Below the pieces are notes generated by a model, which searched no databases, had not been told where the DNA came from, and saw only the letters and a program-made list of their open reading frames with translations. The position numbers were made by a program, and so were the translations under genes. From NCBI GenBank assembly GCA_035297365.1, contig DATGZA010000011.1, forward strand, positions 87,609 through 151,608: 64,000 nt of DNA, given 5' to 3'. The stretch comes from Nitrososphaeraceae archaeon. Lineage in GTDB: Archaea; Thermoproteota; Nitrososphaeria; Nitrososphaerales; Nitrososphaeraceae. This document shows, one piece after another, positions 52,153-62,163 of this stretch (position 1 is its first letter; every line of letters begins with the position of its first letter).

Positions 52153-53568
52153 TCATATATCATCTATTCGCATAAGTAATAACTGACCTCCTTCGTATAG
52201 GGTATGTGCTTGAGTATCTAGTAACCATGTTCCAGGACCAAAAATATCGGATGTTTCAATTATACCACTTGATTCCCATTGACCACCTAGAGATGAATTT
52301 GTTAAACTATCAGATTGATCAACTATAGCTACAGCGGTTAAAGTATTGCTGTTAAGGTCATATTTCAATATCCTTGCATTGACTCCGCCGTCAAATTTGT
52401 TGTAATCATTTAAGTCTTCTTGTATCATTAAGCTTTTATCACTAGTGGCTATGTTGTCTGGATTCCTTATATCGTCACCTACTTCATCGCCATCCAAGAT
52501 TATAGAAAAAGTTGTATTAAAGCTATCATTTGTATTTCCATTTTGATATGTAATGAGCTTTGACACATCAAACTTGTATATTCTGCCATTTTGATATTTA
52601 TCACCATCTACTTCTTCAATACCACCAGTATCAGCCAGATATATTATCAGCTTGTTATTTTTATCATAATCGATATCTTCCAACCTAATAAAATTTAGTG
52701 CATTTAATTCTTGAACCTCGTTTTCAAGATCAGTAGAATTTTGTTTTTTCCAATCCCAATTTACCGGCTCAAAATGACCTTGGTATTGATATCCTTTTTG
52801 AAGATCTCTGAAACTTGAAATATTATTATCTCCAACAAGGACATATAACTGGCCCTGTCCTCTTAGAAAATTATCAGTGGTATTGGATATAAATGCATAC
52901 AATTGAGATTTATCATAATCGCCATCTTCTGTAGCTACTATTACTGTTTTATTGTATCTATTTGGAACAACTATAGTATTTTCATGTGAATAAAGTCCAA
53001 GCCAAGGCATCTCTGTTTTAGCCCCACTTACTATGTCATAAGCAACTACAAGTCCATTATCATGTTCTTCATTCGTTAGGAATATAGGATTTTTAAATCC
53101 TTCCTCTTTTACTAATGTTGCCGAACAAAAATTTTCATATTTTCCAGATCCATCTTCAACTAATTTTCCTGAGAAAACTTTACCATTTTCAGTTGTAGAT
53201 ATTTTAGAAATTTTTGCATATTCATTCACTTCATCTAGCATTAACTCATGATTTACAAAAATATCTATCAAGCCAGTGTTATCATTTTCAGTTACTCCAA
53301 TTCCATCTGGTATGCGTGGAAATGTGAAACCAGATGGAAGTATATCCCCGGAGGTTATAATAGGTTTTATAAAACTATTTCCTGGAGATATAACTTGAAT
53401 ATGAGGTTTTTCTTTTGTAGAAAATAGATTGGTCATATTTACTAAATTTGTAGAATTATCATTTTGCTGTGCATAAATATCTGATATAAATACTATCGAT
53501 ATTAAACTAACTATACCAATTGATATCAAAATATAGGTTGTACAAAAAGCAATGTATGTCTTAATCAT
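52153..53568 (-). CDS. PhoX-family (DUF839) alkaline phosphatase-like secreted protein
   Basis: PDGIG, VNHE, FCSA, SHEN, RLEDI, NPDNI, IQED, WESSGII. Confidence 0.8.
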   Translation of the reverse strand: MIKTYIAFCTTYILISIGIVSLISIVFISDIYAQQNDNSTNLVNMTNLFSTKEKPHIQVISPGNSFIKPIITSGDILPSGFTFPRIPDGIGVTENDNTGLIDIFVNHELMLDEVNEYAKISKISTTENGKVFSGKLVEDGSGKYENFCSATLVKEEGFKNPIFLTNEEHDNGLVVAYDIVSGAKTEMPWLGLYSHENTIVVPNRYNKTVIVATEDGDYDKSQLYAFISNTTDNFLRGQGQLYVLVGDNNISSFRDLQKGYQYQGHFEPVNWDWKKQNSTDLENEVQELNALNFIRLEDIDYDKNNKLIIYLADTGGIEEVDGDKYQNGRIYKFDVSKLITYQNGNTNDSFNTTFSIILDGDEVGDDIRNPDNIATSDKSLMIQEDLNDYNKFDGGVNARILKYDLNSNTLTAVAIVDQSDSLTNSSLGGQWESSGIIETSDIFGPGTWLLDTQAHTLYEGGQLLLMRIDDI

Positions 53569-54057
53569 TGGATTCGTGTATATATAGATAAATTAATAAA
53601 TTGCGTAAATTATCTATGTTGTCTATCTACTTCTATTTAGAGAGCTATATAATTTTTCAAATGGCTTGGGTAGACAATAGACATAAAAAGTATATATATG
53701 TTTGAATTATTGGAACAAATTAGATAGTCTATATTCCTACGTGTATTATAAAAAAATACTCAGATCTAACGTATAACAATGTTAATTGATTTCTAAAATC
53801 ATTATCTAGATTCATGTACAATCTTTATAAAAATATGCAAAACTGGTTCAACAACAATACCAGCAAGGTTAATACAATATAATATTGGATATTTTCTATC
53901 CTTCATCCATTGATCCGATTTAGAGAATATTTTATATAATTTGTTTCGTTCTAAATTTAAGGTTGAAATCAATATCATAACTGGTTAATAAAACTTATTT
54001 TCAAGATTACAAAAAAATGGCAAAAAAATAACATTACACAACGAATTTTTAAATTCA

Positions 54058-54599
54058 TTCCAATACATCCCAAAGGCCATGTTCTTTACCAAAGGTAAGT
54101 GAATTCATATAGATTACTTAAATAGTTTCGAGCTTACCTTACGTGATGCAAGGATCTCAGAACTCAATATTGTAACTGCTTCTGGTATCTAATCTCCAAA
54201 ATGTAAAATCATAACTATTTCAGAAAGAAGAAAATATCCTATCCCTAGACAATTTACTTTCGCTGTCATTGCAAGATCATCTACCAATGAATCTAATAGA
54301 TTAATTGCTGCCTCAATTGGACTAGCAAATCGTAAAGAAGAGGAAAATACGGATATTTATCAGAACGTCATGCTACAAGAGAAACAGCTCCGAAAGCTGG
54401 AAATTATGCTGAAGATATGGCAGCAGAAATGTTAGCTACAACTATGGGTCTTCCACGATCCTTCTTTAAAATGGGATGATAAATATATCAATGGAGGTAT
54501 CAGGTAAAACTTACAAGGGCAAAATTATATCTAACCTGCCGAAGGTATATGGATGGATCGTGGTCCACAGTTCTAAGTGCAGCAGTTTTCATCCTTTGA
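54058..54599 (+). pseudogene. pdaD: pyruvoyl-dependent arginine decarboxylase pseudogene
   Basis: YIPKAMFFTKGK*IHIDYLNSFELTLRDA...NRLIAASIGLA...[15 protein letters not shown]...WSTVLSAAVFIL; several stops and frameshifts. Confidence 0.85.
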
Positions 54600-54809
54600 T
54601 GAGTAAATAATGTATGTGTTTTTGATTACAAATCTTGTTTAATTAATAAAAAAATGGAGGAAAACTCTATCTTCGATTTCTAAAATTGGCAGTAGTATTA
54701 TTGTTTACAGGAGAATAATTTTGGGTAGCTCTTTATATAAAAATTGTGAGAAAAGATTGTTGTAACTTAGGATCAATTTAATATCATTCAAAATGTAAAA
54801 ATTATAATA

Positions 54810-55286
54810 ATGGTCATAATAGAATTCGTTACTGAAAACGAAATAAAATTTCTAATTGGAATAGGTATTTCTCTATTTGCTGGATTTGTTATCGGAATCG
54901 AACGAGAAGCAAAAAAGAAACCTACCGGGATAGGTACTATTACATTAGTAGTAGCAGGTGCAATGATATTCACTAATCTTTCAAATATTGTGGATCCAAA
55001 TTCTACCTCTCGTATAGCTGCTCAAATAGTTACAGGTATAGGATTTTTAGGAGCAGGAATTATTATTAAAGGACCTGAAACCACTAAGGTAAAAAATGTT
55101 ACCACTGCAGCCACGGTATGGTTTGCTGCTGCAATAGGAATGGTAATTGGTTATGGTTTTTATCTAATAGCAATAGTCTTAGTAATTTTTGCTGCAACGG
55201 TACCCAGAATACCCAATATTACTGATCTAAATTTCTATAAAAATAAAAAGACAATGTCAAACAACATACAGGATGATGATATTTAA
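54810..55286 (+). CDS. MgtC/SapB family membrane protein
   Basis: IGIERE..KKPTGIGT, SRIAAQIVTGIGFLGAGII, TTAATVW. Confidence 0.92.
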   Translation: MVIIEFVTENEIKFLIGIGISLFAGFVIGIEREAKKKPTGIGTITLVVAGAMIFTNLSNIVDPNSTSRIAAQIVTGIGFLGAGIIIKGPETTKVKNVTTAATVWFAAAIGMVIGYGFYLIAIVLVIFAATVPRIPNITDLNFYKNKKTMSNNIQDDDI

Positions 55287-55372
55287 TGCAATTTTTAATG
55301 CGTTTAAAATTTTGTCGTTATACAATTCCTTTCCTTCCTTTCTATAATTGCTGATCTATCTTCCTGATGCTG

Positions 55373-55586
55373 TTAAGTTAAGACTATTTCACCTCCAATT
55401 TTGGATACAATTTTGTTTCTTATTTTTGCGTTATACAGATAAACAAATAATTTGATCCAATTGTATACATGCTTTACATCACATTTTATACTATTCTTGG
55501 TACATGGATAGTAGCCATCAAAACATTCTGTTCTATCCTTGAAATACTGCATCATCCTTTCAATCAGACTTTTCTCAAATGGTGAG
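55373..55586 (-). mobile_element. IS6-family transposase C-terminal remnant
   Basis: SPFEKSLIERMMQYFKDRTECFDGYYPC...HVYNWIKLF. Confidence 0.75.
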
Positions 55587-55742
55587 TTTGATTTTACATA
55601 CTTATGAGTATCGTTATTTCTTTTGGATCTTCAAGTTATCTGCTAACTTATGATAAACTTATAAAAATGTTATTTTTGATCAAAAGAAATATATATTTAT
55701 CTCTGAATTGTTGTATTTTCTATAAAATATATTGCAAATCAT

Positions 55743-56069
55743 TTGATGTAGCAGAGCCTTGATATAATACGGGCTCGGAGGGCTTCGAGTATGACATGTA
55801 GTTGGGATCGGTTTTCTGTTATTTAATTTTATTTTTTATTATCAAGAATAGTGTAAACACCAAATGTTAACTCGGGGGCTATGATTCGAACCCTACCCAA
55901 AATCTCAGGGGTTAATATCAAAAGTATCAATACGTAATTCAGTTATTTAGATCAATATAACTACACATATTTTCTATTATAAATAAAGATAAACTACTTT
56001 TATCGTAATTGCTTATACAATAACCTTCTTATCGACTACTCGGCTTGTATATCCGGAACGAAGAAAGTG
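55743..56069 (+). repeat. att-like site L1-core-RB plus non-coding tail
   Basis: TTGATGTAGCAGAGCCTTGATATAATACGGGCTCGGAGGGCTTCGAGTATGACATGTAGTTGGGATCGG; tail homologous to 50841-51122. Confidence 0.88.
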
Positions 56070-56155
56070 ATTTTTTCTAATAACTTTAAGAAAAAAGTAC
56101 AGTTTAAATTCAAGAATTAAAGTAAAATCCTAAATTTTAATAATGGATACACACT

Positions 56156-56605
56156 CTAACTTAATTTCTTGATTTTCCCTCTGATTTTTCCATTTGGTTT
56201 ATCCACTGTTAAAATATTTACATAGGCTTTTCCATCCTCTATTTTTCTGACTAATTCTTCAGTATCTTTTCCTTCTAACGGACCTTTAAGATCATGTGAA
56301 CTTATATCCCCTTCACATAATTTGCCCGTAACTTTATCTGATGGAATTTCCGATTTATACAACTCTGCAACTATTTCTTCTCCTTCAGAGGATTTTCCTA
56401 CATCAATATTGACTTGCTTTATCTTGCTCATTTCTGTAATCTTGACAGAGAATTTCAGATCACTATTATCTTGGGATTGAAATGTCGCTAAGGCAGTATC
56501 TAAGGTATAAACTAGTGGAACTTGTTCTCTACCAGTAAGTATTGCGAAATAATCAACATATTCAATAGCGTCATTATTCCTTTCATTATTATTAGAAAAA
56601 TTCAT
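56156..56605 (-). CDS. CHRD domain protein
   Basis: LTGREQVP, DLKGPLEG, AYVNILT..PNGKIRGKI. Confidence 0.8.
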   Translation of the reverse strand: MNFSNNNERNNDAIEYVDYFAILTGREQVPLVYTLDTALATFQSQDNSDLKFSVKITEMSKIKQVNIDVGKSSEGEEIVAELYKSEIPSDKVTGKLCEGDISSHDLKGPLEGKDTEELVRKIEDGKAYVNILTVDKPNGKIRGKIKKLS

Positions 56606-57257
56606 GTGTTGATGACCATACCATTTTATATAATAGTTTCAGTACAACTTTATAGTAATTATTAATCTAATTAAATTATAGTCTCATTATAATTAATTAT
56701 CTTTTACAAAGTTTTTATATCATGATTCGTTTCTGGCAAAGACAGATTTTTTCTTAACTATTTGCCTGCTCTGACCTCCAACACCAAAACAGCCTTTCTG
56801 TTATTGTAGCAAAAAAAGAAATCCTTTATTTTATTAGTTACTACTATTATCTTTATTAAATCAGGCTTTTTTTATGCGTTATTCATGAATTTGAGAAAAT
56901 CATTGGTTTAGCAAAATTGTCATTCCTCATTTTTATTTCAATCTATATTGGATGGTTAGTATATTTTATTAGATATTGCAAAATATTAAAAGTCTCTAAA
57001 TGATTTGAAGGTTAAGTCTAATATATCACAATTATCATAATTCAATAGTTGTATCACATGGCTTTTATATAGTGATATCATACAAAGTTGGTTGAACAAT
57101 ATTCAGTATATTGGTAAGGTAAAAATAAATAAAAAAAACATTTTAAATTTTTATATAATAAAACTTTTTGAAAGAGATATTTCTTTCAAAATGTGTAAAT
57201 TTTTTTCGATATTTAATCAATTTAATATCTACGTACTTTTAGAAAAATGAGTATAAA

Positions 57258-58928
57258 ATGAAATACATTTTCTGGGTATTTTTTCTTCCCGCAATATTCT
57301 CAGGATTGACAATAAATTTTAATCACATTTTATATGCTCAAGATTCATCTTTTAATAATACAATTAACAAAATTAATGAAGAACAATATTCTCAATCTCA
57401 ATATATTAATCTTAGTTACAAATCATATCCGTTTCTAATATTAAATGGAACCGACTTTATAGATATTTCTAATAATGATACACTTTCTCTTCATCATTTT
57501 TCTATTGGAGTATGGGTTAATACCAATCAATCTACTTTATTAGAACCTGCTCATATTGTAAATAAGGGCGGATTTAATACCGATACAAAAGGTGAGAATA
57601 TGAATTATGGCCTTTGGTTCTCTATAGGTGGAACAATTTCTGGAGGATTTGAAACGGAATCTGGAATAGATTTTGAGGTAAAGTCAACTGCAAAATATGA
57701 TGATGGAAAATGGCATTATGTTTTGTTATCTTATGATGGATCTTTATTAAGGCTTTATGTAGATGGAAAACAAGTATCTGATAAACTTACCAAAGGAGCA
57801 ATACCTGATACTACCGGAGACCAACCATTAAGAATTGGAGCAAATTCACTAGACGAAAGTAAATTTTTTACTGGTTATCTAGATGAAGTTAGAATTTGGA
57901 ATAGAGGATTAACAGATTCTGAAATATCAAAAATATACTCTAATAATACTTTTAGTACAATAGGACAGATCATATTTCAAGATTTTAAGGGTATTGTTAT
58001 TGATAGAAAGATAGAACCTCTAGATACTAGTAAAACAACAATACCAATAACAGATAACACTTTTAATATCGCAGTTGCTTCAGATTGGGGATGTGGTAAG
58101 CATGCTAGAGAAACTGCAAAAAATATCCAAAGTATGAATCCAGAAATTGTTATTGCAGTAGGTGATCTAAGTTATGAAGAATCTTCTGATTGTTGGTTTG
58201 AAATAATACAACCATTTATGTCAAAGATGACGATATCGATGGGAGATCATGAATATAGTGACACTCCTGGTGGTATAACAGGTATAAGTAATCAATACCT
58301 GAAGCCTTTAAATTTAACAAAAACATATTATTCTTTTGATATAAATAAAGTACACGTTACTGTCATAGATCCACATATTGCTTATAACTCTACTTCTGAT
58401 CAATATCAGTTCCTTGAAGAAGATTTACGTAATGCTTCTTCCAATCCAACAATAGACTGGATATTTGTTGTAGAACATACACCGATGTACACTTCACCTT
58501 CAAAACATCATGGCTATGCTACAATCAGAGATGTTTTTCATCCTTTGTTTGACAAATTTGATGTCGATTTAGTGCTTACTGCCGATAACCATAATTATCA
58601 GAGAACTTTTCCACTACAATATAATAACACTGGTAATAGTTCCAATCCCGTCATAGTAGATAGAAATAAAACTAGTTACAATGATTACTTAGGACAAATT
58701 TATCTAATAACCGGGACTGCAGGAAAATCTCATTATGATATTCAACAACAAGCACCTTTTGTTGCTAACCAGAATGATGATCAACATGGTTTTCTAAATA
58801 TTGATATTAATACTAACAACACATCACTGACTGGAACTTTCATTTCTAATGGAAATAATGATACTTTAGCAAGTAATAATATAAAAAATGAAATATTAGA
58901 TCAATTTACAATTTCGAAAACGAATTAA
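57258..58928 (+). CDS. secreted LamG domain plus metallophosphoesterase (purple acid phosphatase-like)
   Basis: DGKWHYV...LDEVRIWNRGL; ASDWG, GDLSY, GDHE, HTPMY, DNHNYQR. Confidence 0.88.
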   Translation: MKYIFWVFFLPAIFSGLTINFNHILYAQDSSFNNTINKINEEQYSQSQYINLSYKSYPFLILNGTDFIDISNNDTLSLHHFSIGVWVNTNQSTLLEPAHIVNKGGFNTDTKGENMNYGLWFSIGGTISGGFETESGIDFEVKSTAKYDDGKWHYVLLSYDGSLLRLYVDGKQVSDKLTKGAIPDTTGDQPLRIGANSLDESKFFTGYLDEVRIWNRGLTDSEISKIYSNNTFSTIGQIIFQDFKGIVIDRKIEPLDTSKTTIPITDNTFNIAVASDWGCGKHARETAKNIQSMNPEIVIAVGDLSYEESSDCWFEIIQPFMSKMTISMGDHEYSDTPGGITGISNQYLKPLNLTKTYYSFDINKVHVTVIDPHIAYNSTSDQYQFLEEDLRNASSNPTIDWIFVVEHTPMYTSPSKHHGYATIRDVFHPLFDKFDVDLVLTADNHNYQRTFPLQYNNTGNSSNPVIVDRNKTSYNDYLGQIYLITGTAGKSHYDIQQQAPFVANQNDDQHGFLNIDINTNNTSLTGTFISNGNNDTLASNNIKNEILDQFTISKTN

Positions 58929-59160
58929 TCAACTACTAACCAGTTTTTAGCAATATCTTTTTTTATTGTATAATTGTTGATAGCTTAATATCCTTGTCTA
59001 ACTATTCCAAGCTATAAAGGATGTCGATTGGTATATCAAATTATTCAACTTGATTGTATATTACGAAGTACCTGAAGGTAAGAGAACGAAGTTAAGACAA
59101 CAAATAACAGCATAAAAAACGAGCTCTTCATATACTAATAAGACTAATATAGAGTAAATA

Positions 59161-59418
59161 ATGACGACAGAATTCAGTTATCATTATTTGCCATATTGTT
59201 TTTCTGTTTTCTTTCTCTTTTTCTCTATGTTTTTATTGTCAGTCCATGGGGAAATTGAACAAGAAGAAGACTTTTCAAACATGGATATATATGGAAACAT
59301 ATTTTACAACAATATCGAGGACGAAATCTTGGACACTGAACCTCCCGTTCCAATGAATACCACAGAACTGATAGAAATAGGAAAGAACCTTACAATTACC
59401 GACAACAATACAACCTAA
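59161..59418 (+). CDS. small hypothetical protein with N-terminal hydrophobic segment
   Basis: 85 aa ORF. Confidence 0.4.
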   Translation: MTTEFSYHYLPYCFSVFFLFFSMFLLSVHGEIEQEEDFSNMDIYGNIFYNNIEDEILDTEPPVPMNTTELIEIGKNLTITDNNTT

Positions 59419-59569
59419 TAAGTGGGAACGGAAAAAAACTGCATTTTTAGGGACTCAGAATACGGGTAAGTATTGGTACAACAACAAAAATATAATATTT
59501 TTCTTATATTGTAGAAGAAGGCAATCAAAATAATTATACTAAAATACTTGAAAAACATATCTTATATCC

Positions 59570-61084
59570 ATGACAAAACAGACTACTGCAACATTTATTA
59601 TTTTAGTATCCTCAATTATCACAGCAATTTTTGCAGTAAATACTTTTTTCCTTCTTCCATTCCAAAACGCATTTGCACACCATATACTAAAAGAAATTGC
59701 TGTAACGGAAAGACCTATGAAAATTTCTTTAGAAGAACCGTTATTGTTTGTATCAAATTTAGGCAAACCAGTAATATCTATTATTAGTACAGTTTCTGAT
59801 AATGTAGTAGGAACTATTAACACCACAAATGGTGTAATGGATGTTGAAGGTATTATTGATAAAAATAAAGTTTATGTTGCTACATTTCAGACTGGAGAAA
59901 TAGAAGTATATGATCTTACGACAAAAGAGTTGATAAAAAAAATTCCTCTTCCTGGTTCTACTATACAATTTCCAACGAGATTAGCAGATACTGTATTGGT
60001 AACTTCAACAGTGATTACTGGAGGATCATCCCTTGACTATAACCCTAATAATGAGCTATTATATATTGCAAACTATAACACTGATGAGATAATAGTAATA
60101 GATACTAAAAATAATGATACAATAGTAAAAACAATAGATGTTTCTCCACATCCCATGGATCTAAAGGTAGACCCTGTTACCAATCAGGTCTTGGTAACAA
60201 GTTTTGCATCCACAAAGTTGACGTTTATTTCAGGAGATGCAAATGAGATAACAGGAACAGTAGATACGGGTATTTCTCCTTGGGGTATTGGTATAGATAA
60301 TCGTGAACATCTTGCATATATTGCTCATCATAATAGTCCCTATATTGCTGTAGTAGATATTTTAAACAAAAAAGTAATTAAGCAAATACCTATTGGTTTT
60401 GAGGCTCAATCAGTAGTGGTAGATACCAATGAACACAAGGTATATGTATCATTTCATGATATTGATAAAATTGTAAAAATTAACGGAAATAACAACGAAA
60501 TTGAGACAGTGATACAACTAGATGGTAGAATACCAAATGATATAGCTGTTGACCCAACTTCCCACAAGTTATATGCTTCTATAAAATATTCTAATAATCT
60601 TTGGGTTATGGGGCCAGAAGCATATTCTGTTAATATTCCTGTAGTAACAAAAGAACCTCCAATTTTGTATGTGGATAATATTATAGTAGATGGTCAAGAT
60701 GTTCGAGTATTAAGTCCCTTATCCATGGATACTGTTGCTGCTGCTGTTGCCACCTCTGCTGGGGAAAATAATATCGTTTCTCCATATTTAACATCATTTG
60801 CTATTTTAGACAGTGAAAATAAAAGCTTAACAATGTATGTAACATCCCCAGATGGCGGAAATTTACAAATAAAAATGCCAAAAACAATTTTAGATTCTAT
60901 GATTGAAACAGAAGAAGAAGGAAAAGGAAATGTAACAGGTTCTAAATTCACGGTCTTAATAGATGGAGTAAAAACAAAATTTGAAGAAATAAAACAACAA
61001 CAAAAAGATACAACAAAAGAAATCTCAGTATTTATTCCAAAAGGGGATAAAAAAGTAGAAATTATAGGAAAAGATATTTCCTAA
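59570..61084 (+). CDS. secreted YncE/YVTN beta-propeller with C-terminal thaumarchaeal PEFG-associated-like domain
   Basis: Repeated P.xI.VD...K.YV blades; FTVLIDG...IPKGDKKVEIIG. Confidence 0.8.
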   Translation: MTKQTTATFIILVSSIITAIFAVNTFFLLPFQNAFAHHILKEIAVTERPMKISLEEPLLFVSNLGKPVISIISTVSDNVVGTINTTNGVMDVEGIIDKNKVYVATFQTGEIEVYDLTTKELIKKIPLPGSTIQFPTRLADTVLVTSTVITGGSSLDYNPNNELLYIANYNTDEIIVIDTKNNDTIVKTIDVSPHPMDLKVDPVTNQVLVTSFASTKLTFISGDANEITGTVDTGISPWGIGIDNREHLAYIAHHNSPYIAVVDILNKKVIKQIPIGFEAQSVVVDTNEHKVYVSFHDIDKIVKINGNNNEIETVIQLDGRIPNDIAVDPTSHKLYASIKYSNNLWVMGPEAYSVNIPVVTKEPPILYVDNIIVDGQDVRVLSPLSMDTVAAAVATSAGENNIVSPYLTSFAILDSENKSLTMYVTSPDGGNLQIKMPKTILDSMIETEEEGKGNVTGSKFTVLIDGVKTKFEEIKQQQKDTTKEISVFIPKGDKKVEIIGKDIS

Positions 61085-61478
61085 ATTTTTTATTTTGTGC
61101 TATAAAAAACACAAAAATTAGAATAATGATAAAGGTTTAGTGATCGGCTTTTGCTTTCCTAGCATGTTCTTTAAAAAAATGAAAAGAAGGAAGGAATAAA
61201 GTTATGGCAATAACCTCATTTTTTTCAGTTTATGTATTTTACTTTCATAATGTAAATAGACAAATAAAAGAAAAAGAAAAGGATCAAATTTCCTTAATTA
61301 ACCTGTCAGAATGAATATTCAAGGTTCTAATGCTAGCACTGGGTTGTATTAGTTAAGTAATTGTAGAAGGTATTTATGTTTGAAGACTAAAGTAGATGAT
61401 ATTTTATAATGGTTCAAATTTATATTGAGTTACTATCCCTGTGATACAAGCCAGAACTAGCTGTATTTTATTGCTCAT

Positions 61479-61613
61479 TACATTGTTAAATACGAGTTTC
61501 ATATATCTGAGGTTGGAAAAAAATATTATCTAATGTTCTAATATTTCAAGATTCTGAATTCTTGACAATAAGAACAATAGAAATCATGTTAAGGTAGAAA
61601 GTGAATCCTAGCA
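61479..61613 (-). promoter_or_regulatory. motif C leader, copy 6 (downstream gene decayed)
   Basis: TACATTGTTAAATACGAGTTTCATATATCTGAGGTTGG...ATTCTGAATTCTTGACAATAAGAACAATAG...GTTAAGGTAGAAAGTGAATCCTAGCA. Confidence 0.75.
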
Positions 61614-61655
61614 GCGCAGCAAGCAACTAAAAAGATTTATTTCAAAAATGAAAAA

Positions 61656-62120
61656 TTATTTTCTCATCTTAACATACATCAATAACATCGACAATGGTAT
61701 TACAAATGCCTGTTGACTTATTTTTGTTACAGCATCTTTCCAGTTAACAGTATTATCAATAATCCAGTTATCAAATCCATCTGGTATCCATATACCGGTT
61801 GTCTTTGATATGTAATAAATAACGGCAATAACTACTGTTGTAAATAAGATTATGTAATAAGGTAATGTACGATTTCTATAACGTACTACAAAAAACGTAG
61901 ATATTGCATATATAATTGCAATGCCTGCAAACAATACAAACTCTGCTCTTTGTTCCGCTGATTTTTCTATTAATCCTTCTGTCTTTGATTCTTCTGATTC
62001 TTGATATTCATGAATGGCATTATATGCATAAACTACTATATTTGGAACCATTAATACGATAAAGAGAACTAGTAGAATATTGGAAAGTTTTTCCTTTTGT
62101 ATTTTTATATCTTCTTTCAT
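61656..62120 (-). CDS. membrane protein
   Basis: 154 aa, about 4 TM segments. Confidence 0.65.
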   Translation of the reverse strand: MKEDIKIQKEKLSNILLVLFIVLMVPNIVVYAYNAIHEYQESEESKTEGLIEKSAEQRAEFVLFAGIAIIYAISTFFVVRYRNRTLPYYIILFTTVVIAVIYYISKTTGIWIPDGFDNWIIDNTVNWKDAVTKISQQAFVIPLSMLLMYVKMRK

Positions 62121-62163
62121 TGTAAATATGTTGGATAATTAATCATATAAAAATTGGGTTATC

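Noticed and set aside
8098-55586. IS6 remnants at 8098 and 55373 as ends of one composite transposon
   Set aside because: They are non-overlapping N- and C-terminal fragments on opposite strands with no identifiable shared terminal repeats or target duplication.
2803-55811. CRISPR array interpretation of the recurring repeats
   Set aside because: Repeats are 0.6-9 kb apart and separated by whole genes, not 30-45 bp spacers; no cas genes seen.
2803-55811. Classical integron attC sites
   Set aside because: No RYYYAAC/GTTRRRY boxes or long bottom-strand hairpins seen, cargo genes are in both orientations, and the core is tRNA-like. The analogy is functional only.
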